Shown: positions 49,311-57,501 of the stretch, in pieces
Position numbering within the stretch: the stretch's first letter is position 1
Layout of the letters: every line of letters begins with the position of its first letter
Source: an uncultured Gammaproteobacteria bacterium
GTDB taxonomy: Bacteria > Patescibacteriota > Patescibacteriia > UBA1558 > UBA10009
Assembly (NCBI GenBank): GCA_964588165.1
Contig: CAZPMS010000002.1
Location: 105,839-169,838, forward strand
Direction: 5' to 3'
Length of the DNA stretch: 64,000 nt
Position numbers and translations under genes: made by a program
Notes under the pieces: generated by a model
Seen by the model: only the letters and a program-made list of their open reading frames with translations
What the model was told of the DNA's origin: nothing
Database searches by the model: none

Positions 49311-50155
49311 AAAAAGTTATTAAAATACTGATTGGACTTTTTCTAGTAGTTACAGTTCTTTTAACTTCAGTTTGGTTTTCTGGTAAAGATAATGATCTCG
49401 AAGTTTATTTTTTTAATATTGGCCAGGGTGATGGAGTTTTAATCAGGACGCCTTCATATCAAAATATAATTATTGATGGCGGACCGGACAATTCATTTAT
49501 TACTAAGTTGGGCCAAGCTTTGCCATTTTATGATAAAACTATTGATCTAATGGTTTTAACCCATCCGCACGACGACCATATATATGGTTTAGTAGAAGTT
49601 TTAAAAAGATATAAAGTTAAACAAGTTTTGTATACCGGAGTTTTGCATCCAACTGATGCTTATTTGGAGTGGCTGGTAATTATTAAAGAAAAACAAATCC
49701 CTTTAAAAATCGCTTTGGCTGGCCAGAAGTTCATTTTTGGAGAAGCTGAATTAAAGGTTTTTTATCCTTTTATTGATTTTACTAATCAGAAAATTGAAAA
49801 TCTTAATAATAGTTCGGTAGTGGTCCAACTAATTTATGAAGAAGTTAAAATATTATTTATGGGCGATTTAGAAATTGAAGGAGAAGAAGAAATTTTAGAT
49901 AATAATTATGATATTAGATCCCAAGTTATCAAACTGGGCCATCATGGCAGCGACACTTCATCAATAGAAGATTTTCTAAAAAAAGTCCAGGCAGAACATG
50001 CCGTTATTCAAGTAGGGGAGGATAATAAGTTCGGCCACCCTTCCAGAAGAATATTAAGCCGGCTTAAGCGTTTAGAAATTGGGCTGTTTAGAACAGATTT
50101 ATTAGGAACAATTATTTTAATCAGCGACGGCATAGATATAAAAATAGGAACTTGA
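49307..50155 (+). CDS. ComEC-associated metallo-beta-lactamase fold protein
   Basis: IGQGD, IDGG, THPHDDHIYG, HHGS, FGHP. Confidence 0.93.
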   Translation: MKKVIKILIGLFLVVTVLLTSVWFSGKDNDLEVYFFNIGQGDGVLIRTPSYQNIIIDGGPDNSFITKLGQALPFYDKTIDLMVLTHPHDDHIYGLVEVLKRYKVKQVLYTGVLHPTDAYLEWLVIIKEKQIPLKIALAGQKFIFGEAELKVFYPFIDFTNQKIENLNNSSVVVQLIYEEVKILFMGDLEIEGEEEILDNNYDIRSQVIKLGHHGSDTSSIEDFLKKVQAEHAVIQVGEDNKFGHPSRRILSRLKRLEIGLFRTDLLGTIILISDGIDIKIGT

Positions 50156-50205
50156 CCCAGTCGCTCGCGCCATGCCTCGCCGGCAGGCAGGAGCAGCGGG
50201 GTTGA
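50155..50205. repeat. GC-rich repeat ending in a -35 box, copy 2
   Basis: Near-identical to 8419-8469. Confidence 0.85.
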
Positions 50206-50274
50206 TTCTTGGCTAGGTTTTGCTATAATATTAGTATTCATGGAGAATAAATTATTAAGTTATTGAAAAAAATT

Positions 50275-50655
50275 ATGGCAGAAAAACAATATAATATCGT
50301 TTTAATAGAAGATGAAGAAATGTTGGCTAACATGTATGAAACAAAGTTTCAAAATCAGGGATATAAAATCCGCAAAGCTTTGGATGGTGAGAGCGGGCTA
50401 AAATTAATAGAAGAGGAAGTGCCAGATTTAATACTGTTGGATATTATCATGCCAAAATTAGATGGTTTTTCTGTTTTAAAAAGAATTAGAGAGATACCAA
50501 AAATAAAAAATGTGCCGGTTATTATGTTAACTAATTTAGGCCAGGATGAAGATATAAAAAAGGGCCAGAGCCTAGGGGCAGTCGGCTATTTGGTAAAGGC
50601 AAACTTGACACCTGCTGAAGTTGTTGCTAAGGTAAAGGACTTCTTAAGTAAGTAA
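50275..50655 (+). CDS. Single-domain response regulator
   Basis: IEDE, LLDIIMPKLDG, MLTN, YLVK. Confidence 0.93.
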   Translation: MAEKQYNIVLIEDEEMLANMYETKFQNQGYKIRKALDGESGLKLIEEEVPDLILLDIIMPKLDGFSVLKRIREIPKIKNVPVIMLTNLGQDEDIKKGQSLGAVGYLVKANLTPAEVVAKVKDFLSK

Positions 50656-50666
50656 TAATTATATAT

Positions 50667-51125
50667 ATGGAAAAAACACTAATTATATTAAAACCGGACG
50701 CCATCCAAAGGAATTTGGTAGGTGAAATTGTTTCCAGATTTGAGAAAAAAGGCTTAAAAATAGCTGGTATGAAAATGGTTGAGCTGGATGACCTCAAACT
50801 TGATGAGCACTATGAGCACCACAAAGACAAGCCTTTTTTTGGCAATTTAAAAAAATTCATGAAGAGTTCACCCGTTTTATTAATGGTTTTAGAAGGCCAT
50901 GATGTTGTTAAGGCTGTTAGATTGGTTGTCGGTTCCACTAAACCGATAGAAGCCGACTCCGGAACCATTAGGGGCGATTTAGCCATGACTAACTGGAATT
51001 TAGTCCATGCTTCTGATTCTTTAGAAACAGCCACCAAAGAAATTAAAAGATTTTTTGAAGATGATGAGCTGTTTAGCTATAACAAAACCGGTTGGGAAAT
51101 GGTTTACGAAGAAGAGTTCAAATAA
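50667..51125 (+). CDS. ndk: Nucleoside-diphosphate kinase
   Basis: KPDA, GTIRGD, NLVHASDS. Confidence 0.98.
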   Translation: MEKTLIILKPDAIQRNLVGEIVSRFEKKGLKIAGMKMVELDDLKLDEHYEHHKDKPFFGNLKKFMKSSPVLLMVLEGHDVVKAVRLVVGSTKPIEADSGTIRGDLAMTNWNLVHASDSLETATKEIKRFFEDDELFSYNKTGWEMVYEEEFK

Positions 51126-51167
51126 TAATTTGCTATAAATAGAAATTTAGTGTAAAATATTTATACT

Positions 51168-51245
51168 ATGAATATAATTCAAAAAAGCCAAAATTGGTGG
51201 AATATGTATCTTCCTTTTCTACGGGTGGCTTCTTTGGATGTTTAA
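51168..51245 (+). CDS. Trp-type attenuator leader peptide MNIIQKSQNWWNMYLPFLRVASLDV
   Basis: Promoter TTGCTA(51130)-17-TAAAAT; tandem TGG TGG at 51195-51200; overlaps the antiterminator arm. Confidence 0.75.
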   Translation: MNIIQKSQNWWNMYLPFLRVASLDV

Positions 51246-51299
51246 ATACATTATTTCCTCTTAAATAAAGAATCCTCCCAGAGAAAAGGAGGATTTTTT
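51212..51299 (+). promoter_or_regulatory. Attenuator 1: antiterminator and terminator
   Basis: Terminator AATCCTCC(51271-78)/GGAGGATT(51288-95) plus T tract; competing TCCTTTTCT(51212-20)/AGAAAAGGA(51282-90), GGG/CCC and TTCTTT/AAAGAA. Confidence 0.75.
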
Positions 51300-51321
51300 G
51301 TTCTTTACGCCAGGAGGAATT

Positions 51322-51420
51322 ATGTTCAGCAAAAGAAACAAACCTGAAACATCAGATGATTCAAACCAAGAAGAAACTACTGATGATTTTGATTTTCTTA
51401 GAGGTTTTTTAGGCTGTTAA
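51322..51420 (+). CDS. Small acidic peptide, 32 aa (MFSKRNKPETSDDSNQEETTDDFDFLRGFLGC)
   Basis: AGGAGG SD; directly downstream of attenuator 1. Confidence 0.6.
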   Translation: MFSKRNKPETSDDSNQEETTDDFDFLRGFLGC

Positions 51421-51442
51421 CCGTAAGAAGGAGAGGTTTTTT

Positions 51443-51598
51443 ATGGACGGTAAAGATTCGATTGTTCCAAGTGTACAGCCAGAAGGGGGTAATTCGTCTG
51501 ATGAGCCAAAAATGGCCAGTAAAGATGGTTTAGCGCCAGAAGTTCCTTTGGAAAACCCGCCCAAAAATCATCAACCCTACGCTAGTTGGGAAGAGTAA
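51443..51598 (+). CDS. Small Pro-rich acidic peptide, 51 aa (MDGKDSIV...PYASWEE)
   Basis: AAGGAGAGG SD; terminator at 51609-51637. Confidence 0.6.
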   Translation: MDGKDSIVPSVQPEGGNSSDEPKMASKDGLAPEVPLENPPKNHQPYASWEE

Positions 51599-51707
51599 GA
51601 TTTGTTTCAAAAGCCAGGCACCAGCTTGGCTTTTTTTCTTGAACCAGCCCTTCGCGAAGGGCTGGTTGACAATATTTTTTCTCCTTGCTAAACTTTTATT
51701 AATCACT

Positions 51708-51782
51708 ATGAATAATCAAAAAAGCCAGAGTAAATCACAGATTATGGTACAAAATGTCTTTTTTGGTTTCTTTTTTAGCTAG
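51708..51782 (+). CDS. Phe-type attenuator leader peptide MNNQKSQSKSQIMVQNVFFGFFFS
   Basis: Promoter TTGACA(51666)-17-TAAACT; 5 Phe among the last 7 codons. Confidence 0.8.
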   Translation: MNNQKSQSKSQIMVQNVFFGFFFS

Positions 51783-51852
51783 CTATCTGGTGGTTAGACG
51801 TTTTTAAATAAATAGAAACAGTAAATCTAGTCACCGGATAGGTGGCTTTTTT
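51783..51852 (+). promoter_or_regulatory. Attenuator 2: antiterminator and terminator
   Basis: 16-bp antiterminator 51783-51798/51826-51841 versus terminator AGTCACC(51829-35)/GGTGGCT(51841-47) plus T tract. Confidence 0.8.
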
Positions 51853-51944
51853 AGTTGTTCAAAGATTCTATTTTCTAATTAATCAATTGGAAAACTCAAT
51901 TTTTGAACAATTCAATAGTTGCAAAAGTTAACTGGAGGTGTATT

Positions 51945-52157
51945 ATGTCTACCAGACAACCACAAGTAGATAAGCAAGCAGAACAGATAAGTGATCAAAG
52001 GAGGAACGACCATGGAATCAACGATAATGGAGAGATGGGTAGTGAGACTGCAAGTTTTATTCCTGTGTCCCCGAATACTTTTCACCACCAAGCTACTTTG
52101 GTGAGTGGGATTGATCCTGGTTACGACTGGGAAAACCATAAACATCGGCCTTGGTAA
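51945..52157 (+). CDS. Small hydrophilic protein, 70 aa (MSTRQPQV...YDWENHKHRPW)
   Basis: GGAGGTG SD; downstream hairpins and terminator at 52165-52308. Confidence 0.65.
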   Translation: MSTRQPQVDKQAEQISDQRRNDHGINDNGEMGSETASFIPVSPNTFHHQATLVSGIDPGYDWENHKHRPW

Positions 52158-52406
52158 CACATTTTTCGGACAGGATCCAAATTCAAAAAAGGTTCCTGTC
52201 CGAACCTTATATTTTTTAGAAAATTTAAATATTTTTAAAGCGGCAGAGTTTGCCTCAACTAAATCCGGTTAAGGACTAATTGAGACTAAAGACTCGTGCC
52301 GCTTTTTTATTCGTAACAAATTTTTATAAAAAAGTCAAGGTATTTTTTTTATCAACGTTTTAATTGATTTGACACTTTTTTAGAATATGATAAAATTATT
52401 CTTGAT

Positions 52407-52508
52407 ATGAAAACAGCCACCGAAAATATATCAAGAATAACAAATCTAAACATCTTAGATCTTATTTTAGCTATTATTATTTTAATTCCGCTGATGGTGG
52501 TCAGTTAA
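52407..52508 (+). CDS. Ile/Leu-type attenuator leader peptide MKTATENISRITNLNILDLILAIIILIPLMVVS
   Basis: Promoter TTGACA(52369)-16-TAAAAT; 8 Ile, 6 Leu and 2 Val in 33 aa. Confidence 0.7.
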   Translation: MKTATENISRITNLNILDLILAIIILIPLMVVS

Positions 52509-52557
52509 TTCGTTTTATAAGTACTTTATATAACGCTGACCACCGGTCAGCGTTTTT
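52489..52557 (+). promoter_or_regulatory. Attenuator 3: antiterminator and terminator
   Basis: Terminator AACGCTGACC(52532-41)/GGTCAGCGTT(52545-54); competing CGCTGATGGTGGTCAGT(52489-505) pairs with 52535-52552. Confidence 0.75.
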
Positions 52558-52696
52558 AGTTTGTTTAGCTACGCTAAACAAACTACCCTGAGCGAAGTCG
52601 AAGGGTTTAAAGTCTAATATAAATATTGGACGCCAGATAAAAAGAGTTTGTCGTTTAGTCAAAAACATAGTGAAAGAACCAACGGAGGATAGTGTC

Positions 52697-52840
52697 ATGT
52701 GCACAAAATGTGGTCATCCATTACAGCCAGTTATCATTTCTATTGAATCTCTTGATCCGGTAAACGGAGCCAGTGGCCCAACCGTGGACAGGTGTGTTAA
52801 TCCTAAATGTGAGAGGAATTACAAAAAGGTTGAAAAGTAA
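52697..52840 (+). CDS. Small Zn-ribbon protein, 47 aa (MCTKCGHPL...CVNPKC...)
   Basis: GGAGG SD, CxxC and CxxxxC motifs, terminator at 52858-52887. Confidence 0.65.
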   Translation: MCTKCGHPLQPVIISIESLDPVNGASGPTVDRCVNPKCERNYKKVEK

Positions 52841-52916
52841 AATCAACCTTAATCATTAAACCGTTCTCAATTTTGAGAGCGGTTTTTCCTTTTTTAAAAA
52901 TATGATATAATTAAAG

Positions 52917-53166
52917 AGCCCTACCAATAAAGGCAACAGATTGGAGCTCTACAATCCTATTGGAAAGGGAGTTCGTATAAGGATAAACCGTGGTTTATTC
53001 TTGAGAATACCCATCGGTCGCAACTTAATTGCTACAAGTAAGAAAAGTTATATCTTTGCTAACTGCTAGCTATTAGGTGACCAGTTTGTTTACCAGGAAC
53101 TTCCAATCTTAGCCATTTTGGCTAGGGCTTTAAGTTAGAAAAACTGGCTCTTTTAGTCAGTTTTTT
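52917..53166 (+). ncRNA. Candidate structured ncRNA (unknown family; 6S-like not excluded)
   Basis: Extended -10 TGATATAAT; 5' and 3' ends pair (AGCCCT/AGGGCT, CCAA/TTGG, GGC/GCC, AGATTGGA/TCCAATCT); terminator at 53139-53166. Confidence 0.6.
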
Positions 53167-53261
53167 GTAACAAATTAAGGTTTTTTACGTCTTAATTAGT
53201 GCAAGGAGCTATCACCAGGCTTGTGTTTAAGCTATTTAAAAGCTCCTTTTTTTATCTAAAT

Positions 53262-55022
53262 ATGAAGAATTACACTAAACAAACATTTAAAATTTTTTGG
53301 CAGCACACCAGGCAACATTGGGTTAGTTTTGTAGTGGTTACTTTTTCTGTCATCATTGCCTCATTAGCTAACATAATTGCTCCGCTTTATTATAAAGATT
53401 TTTTTGATATTCTAAGCGGTCCAGGTTCAATTGACTCAAAGCCACCAATATTGGTGGGCATACTTATTAAAATATTGTTAGTTTATGCTGTTGCCTGGAC
53501 ATTTTGGCGCCTGGCCACTTTTTCCATAAGTTATTTTGAAACCAAAGTGATGGCCAGCCTGTCCAACTTTTGTTTTGGTTATCTTCATAAACATTCTGTA
53601 AATTATTTTAATAATAATTTCGTTGGATCCTTGGTGAAAAAGGTTAACAGATTTGCCAAGGCTTTTGAAGGAATTTCTGACGCCTTATTTTTTGAAGTTC
53701 TGCAAATAGTTACCAGCATCACTTTTATAATTTATATTTTATGGGGCAGGAATAAATGGCTGGGCATAATTATTCTAGTTTGGATTACTATTTATTGTAT
53801 TATCAATTATTTTTTCAGCATCTACAAGTTGAAATATGATTTAAAAAGAAGCCAAGCCAATACAGAGGTCACGGCAGTTTTGGCTGATACTATTACCAAT
53901 CACCAAAATGTTAAATTGTTTACCGGTTATGGACGGGAAAGAAAGCTATTTAAAAAAGTGACTGAAAAGTGGCGAAAGTTACAGCGGTTTTGCTGGGATT
54001 TGGGAAATATTTTTGAAGCTGTTCAGGCCTTGTTAATGATTGGTTTGGAAATCGGCATATTTTATTTTGCTATTGGCCTTTGGCAGCAAGGAATTTTTAC
54101 TATAGGTGATTTTGTTTTAATTCAGGCTTACATAATTACGGTTTTCCATCGGCTTTGGAACTTTGGTCGGATTATCAGGCGCTATTATGAACATATGGCC
54201 GATGCCAATGAGATGACTGAGATTTTAGAAACCCAGCATGAGATAAGAGATGTTAAGAACGCGAAAAAATTAGAAGTTACCCAAGGAGAAATTGAGTTTA
54301 AGAACGCTAACTTTAGCTATCACAAAACCAGGCGGATTTTCTTTAGGCTTAGTTTGATGTTTAAACCCAGGAAGCGGGTGGCTTTGGTTGGGCCTTCCGG
54401 TTCTGGTAAATCCACTTTAGTAAACCTCTTGTTAAGAAATTATGATCTGGGCGGTGGTAAAATTTATATAGATGGCCAGAAAATTTCTTCAGTTACCCAA
54501 GAAAGCCTGCACAAAAATATCAGTATGGTGCCGCAAGATCCAATTTTATTCCACCGGACTTTAATGGAGAACATTTGCTACTCCAAACCAAGTGCTACCA
54601 ATAAGGAAGTTATTAAGGCTGCCAAACTGGCCAGGTGTGATGCTTTTATTAAACAACTCCCAGAAGGCTACCAAACTTACGTTGGTGAAAGGGGAGTCAA
54701 ACTTTCCGGCGGTGAGAGGCAACGAGTGGCTATTGCCAGAGCTATACTAAAAAACGCCCCAATTTTGGTTTTAGATGAAGCCACTTCCAGTTTAGATTCA
54801 GAATCAGAAGAGCTTATTCAAGATGCCTTGAAGGTATTAATGAAAGATAAAACAGTTATTGTAATTGCCCATCGCCTGTCAACTATTATGAAGATGGATA
54901 GGATTGTGGTGCTTAATGAGGGTAAGATAGTGGAACAAGGCAGCCATCAGGAATTAGTAAAAAAGAAATCCGGCTTATATAAGAAGTTATGGGATAAACA
55001 GATAGGCGGCTTCATCAAATAA
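53262..55022 (+). CDS. ABC transporter, fused permease/ATPase (ABCB exporter)
   Basis: 6 TM, GPSGSGKST, LSGGERQR, LDEATSSLD, IAHRL. Confidence 0.95.
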   Translation: MKNYTKQTFKIFWQHTRQHWVSFVVVTFSVIIASLANIIAPLYYKDFFDILSGPGSIDSKPPILVGILIKILLVYAVAWTFWRLATFSISYFETKVMASLSNFCFGYLHKHSVNYFNNNFVGSLVKKVNRFAKAFEGISDALFFEVLQIVTSITFIIYILWGRNKWLGIIILVWITIYCIINYFFSIYKLKYDLKRSQANTEVTAVLADTITNHQNVKLFTGYGRERKLFKKVTEKWRKLQRFCWDLGNIFEAVQALLMIGLEIGIFYFAIGLWQQGIFTIGDFVLIQAYIITVFHRLWNFGRIIRRYYEHMADANEMTEILETQHEIRDVKNAKKLEVTQGEIEFKNANFSYHKTRRIFFRLSLMFKPRKRVALVGPSGSGKSTLVNLLLRNYDLGGGKIYIDGQKISSVTQESLHKNISMVPQDPILFHRTLMENICYSKPSATNKEVIKAAKLARCDAFIKQLPEGYQTYVGERGVKLSGGERQRVAIARAILKNAPILVLDEATSSLDSESEELIQDALKVLMKDKTVIVIAHRLSTIMKMDRIVVLNEGKIVEQGSHQELVKKKSGLYKKLWDKQIGGFIK

Positions 55023-55117
55023 TGTAAAATGTAAATAGAAGCCGTCTTGAGCGAACCAAGCTTTGCTTGATGAGTCGAAAGACGGATTTATCAGCTGACT
55101 ATGATATAATAAGGAAT

Positions 55118-55777
55118 ATGATATTCTCAATTTTTTCTGAAAATCCAATTTTAATAATTCCATTTTTGTTGGCAATTTTTTATTGTTTAACAATTCATGA
55201 ATTCGCTCATGCTTGGGCGGCATCAATACAAGGTGATAATACTGCTAAATTGTCTGGAAGACTTACTCTAAATCCATTACCTCATATTGATATAGTCGGC
55301 TTATTGATGTTTATGTTTGCTGGTTTTGGCTGGGCAAAACCTGTTCCAGTAAATCCAAATAATCTAAAAAATGGAAAACGAAGTGACATAATTGTATCTT
55401 TAGCTGGAATAGTTTTTAATTTAATAAGTTTAGTTATATTTACAATAATGTTTAAAGTGTTATTTTCCAATTTACACCCATTTTATGTATATAATCAGGC
55501 TTATCCAGAAATAAATATGTTAGCCTATTTTTTATCTACTTTAATCGTTATAAATTTAATCCTTGCAGTTTTTAATTTAATACCCATACCTCCTTTGGAT
55601 GGTTCACATGTTTTGTTTAATATTTTACCGGATAAGTACAATCAGTTTAAAATTAATTTAGCTCAAAATGGACCGATGATTTTATTGATGTTGATACTAG
55701 CTGATAATTTTTTAGGTATTAATATTTTTGGTCATATTTTTAGTCCATTTTTGTGGGTTCTCAACCTTTTTTTATAG
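55118..55777 (+). CDS. Site-2 protease (peptidase M50)
   Basis: HEFAH, FNLIPIPPLDG. Confidence 0.93.
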   Translation: MIFSIFSENPILIIPFLLAIFYCLTIHEFAHAWAASIQGDNTAKLSGRLTLNPLPHIDIVGLLMFMFAGFGWAKPVPVNPNNLKNGKRSDIIVSLAGIVFNLISLVIFTIMFKVLFSNLHPFYVYNQAYPEINMLAYFLSTLIVINLILAVFNLIPIPPLDGSHVLFNILPDKYNQFKINLAQNGPMILLMLILADNFLGINIFGHIFSPFLWVLNLFL

Positions 55778-55935
55778 GAGTTGATATACTTTTAAGTTTT
55801 ATATATAAGCTATTTTAATGGGTTGACCCAGCCCTTCACGAAGATCTGGGTTGACAAAATAGTCATTCTAGATAAAGATATTAGTAAGTTTTTTGGAGGG
55901 TAAACCGTAAGTTCAGACCAAGGAGGGAATGTAAT

Positions 55936-56115
55936 ATGTCACTTTTTAGTAGGAAACCAAAACCCATTAGATTTTGGAGCGGGCCAAGTAGATGGTTTTG
56001 GAGCCTTCCCATGCGTTGGAAAATTCCGATCTTGTTATTGATTTTTATTATCAGCCTCGCTAAGTATTTTGCTGCAGGATTCGTAGGTGGCTGGGCCTCT
56101 GAAAAGATTGAATAA
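55936..56115 (+). CDS. Small Trp-rich membrane protein, 59 aa (MSLFSRKPKPIRFWSG...)
   Basis: AAGGAGGG SD, TTGACA at 55851, terminator at 56134-56165. Confidence 0.6.
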   Translation: MSLFSRKPKPIRFWSGPSRWFWSLPMRWKIPILLLIFIISLAKYFAAGFVGGWASEKIE

Positions 56116-56420
56116 CGAATCCATGGAATTTCTAACAACCCCTGTATTTTATAGGGGTTTTTTGTCTTCTTGACATCAAAACCTGCCTTTGCTATAATCC
56201 TTCCAAGCATTAAAAACCCATTACCACTTTAGATTATTTGGTAAAAAAGTGATAAAGGGAAAAGTGAATATTTTCGCAAGAGAAGAATAGTATTTTGCGG
56301 AATTGGTCAGTTAAACCGTCCATTCCGCAATTTAAGCGGAATTTTTTATTTAAATAATATTTAGAAGGTTAGGATGTCAGTTTTAAATCGTCATAACCTC
56401 TTAATAATCTTATAAAATAT

Positions 56421-56849
56421 ATGCCAACAACAAATCAATTGTTAAGAAAACCAAGAAAAATAAGCAAGAAAAAGCCTAAAACCCCAGCTTTGAGGTTAAG
56501 GCAGAATACTTTAAAGAGAAAAAAAAGAGAGGAACTTAGAGGTTCTCCTTTTAAGCGTGGCGTTTGCGTTAAAGTGACCACCACCACTCCTAAAAAACCT
56601 AACTCTGCTTTAAGAAAAATCGCCAGGGTAAGGCTTTCTAATGGTACCGAAGTAACTGCTTATATTCCGGGCATGGGCCATAATTTACAGGAACATTCAA
56701 TTGTTATGATAAGGGGCGGCAGAGTTAAAGACTTAGCCGGTGTTAGATACCATATTGTTAGAGGCAGGTATGATGCGCAGGGAGTAGAGAACAGAAAACA
56801 GAGCCGTTCACTTTACGGTGTTAAGAAAGAGAAGGCGAAGAAGAGTTAA
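56421..56849 (+). CDS. rpsL: 30S ribosomal protein uS12
   Basis: [24 protein letters not shown]. Confidence 0.99.
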   Translation: MPTTNQLLRKPRKISKKKPKTPALRLRQNTLKRKKREELRGSPFKRGVCVKVTTTTPKKPNSALRKIARVRLSNGTEVTAYIPGMGHNLQEHSIVMIRGGRVKDLAGVRYHIVRGRYDAQGVENRKQSRSLYGVKKEKAKKS

Positions 56850-56965
56850 ACTTTTTTAACAGAGTTGGTAATGGCTTATAGGTTATTAATTATTTAAAAC
56901 CTATGACCAATAATCCATGAACCATAATTAGATAGAATAATTAAATCTATTAACTAATAATTCAT

Positions 56966-57430
56966 ATGCGTGGAAAACAAGCACCCAAACGAAAGATCGC
57001 AGCTGATCCAAAATTTAACAGTGCTAATATTGCCAAGTTCATTAATTATATTATGCAAGATGGCAAAAAATCCGTAGCCCAAAAAGTAGTTTATGGAGCT
57101 TTTGATATTATTTCTGAAAAAACCAAAGGCGATGCCCTGCAGACTTTTGAAGAAGCTATTAAACACATCTCTCCCAATTTAGAAGTAAAAGGCAGGAGGA
57201 TCGGCGGAGCTAATTACCAGATTCCAATTGTGGTAACTGGTGAAAGAAAATTAACTTTGGCCTATAGATGGCTCATTAAAGCCGCTTCCAGCAGGAAAGG
57301 CAAACCTATGTCCGAAAAATTAGCAGATGAAATTATGTCAGCTGCCAAAGGCGAAGGAGATGCTGTTAAAAAGAGAGAAGATACCCACCGAATGGCTGAA
57401 GCCAATAGAGCCTTTGCTCATTTTGCGTAA
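56966..57430 (+). CDS. rpsG: 30S ribosomal protein uS7
   Basis: GKKSVA, RRIGGANYQ, HRMAEANRAFAH. Confidence 0.99.
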   Translation: MRGKQAPKRKIAADPKFNSANIAKFINYIMQDGKKSVAQKVVYGAFDIISEKTKGDALQTFEEAIKHISPNLEVKGRRIGGANYQIPIVVTGERKLTLAYRWLIKAASSRKGKPMSEKLADEIMSAAKGEGDAVKKREDTHRMAEANRAFAHFA

Positions 57431-57501
57431 GTCACGTATCACGTAACATGTATCGTGTATCGTTTATCAAATAATCTATCAAACTAATAATCAAATAATT
57501 T

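Noticed and set aside
51912-52160. 82-aa minus-strand ORF
   Set aside because: Antisense to the SD-led 70-aa ORF, with no initiation signals.
53203-53253. Hairpin plus T tract upstream of the ABC transporter as a riboswitch
   Set aside because: No recognisable aptamer motif; cannot be distinguished from a plain terminator by eye.
55881-56210. 109-aa minus-strand ORF
   Set aside because: The plus-strand 59-aa ORF has the promoter, SD and terminator.
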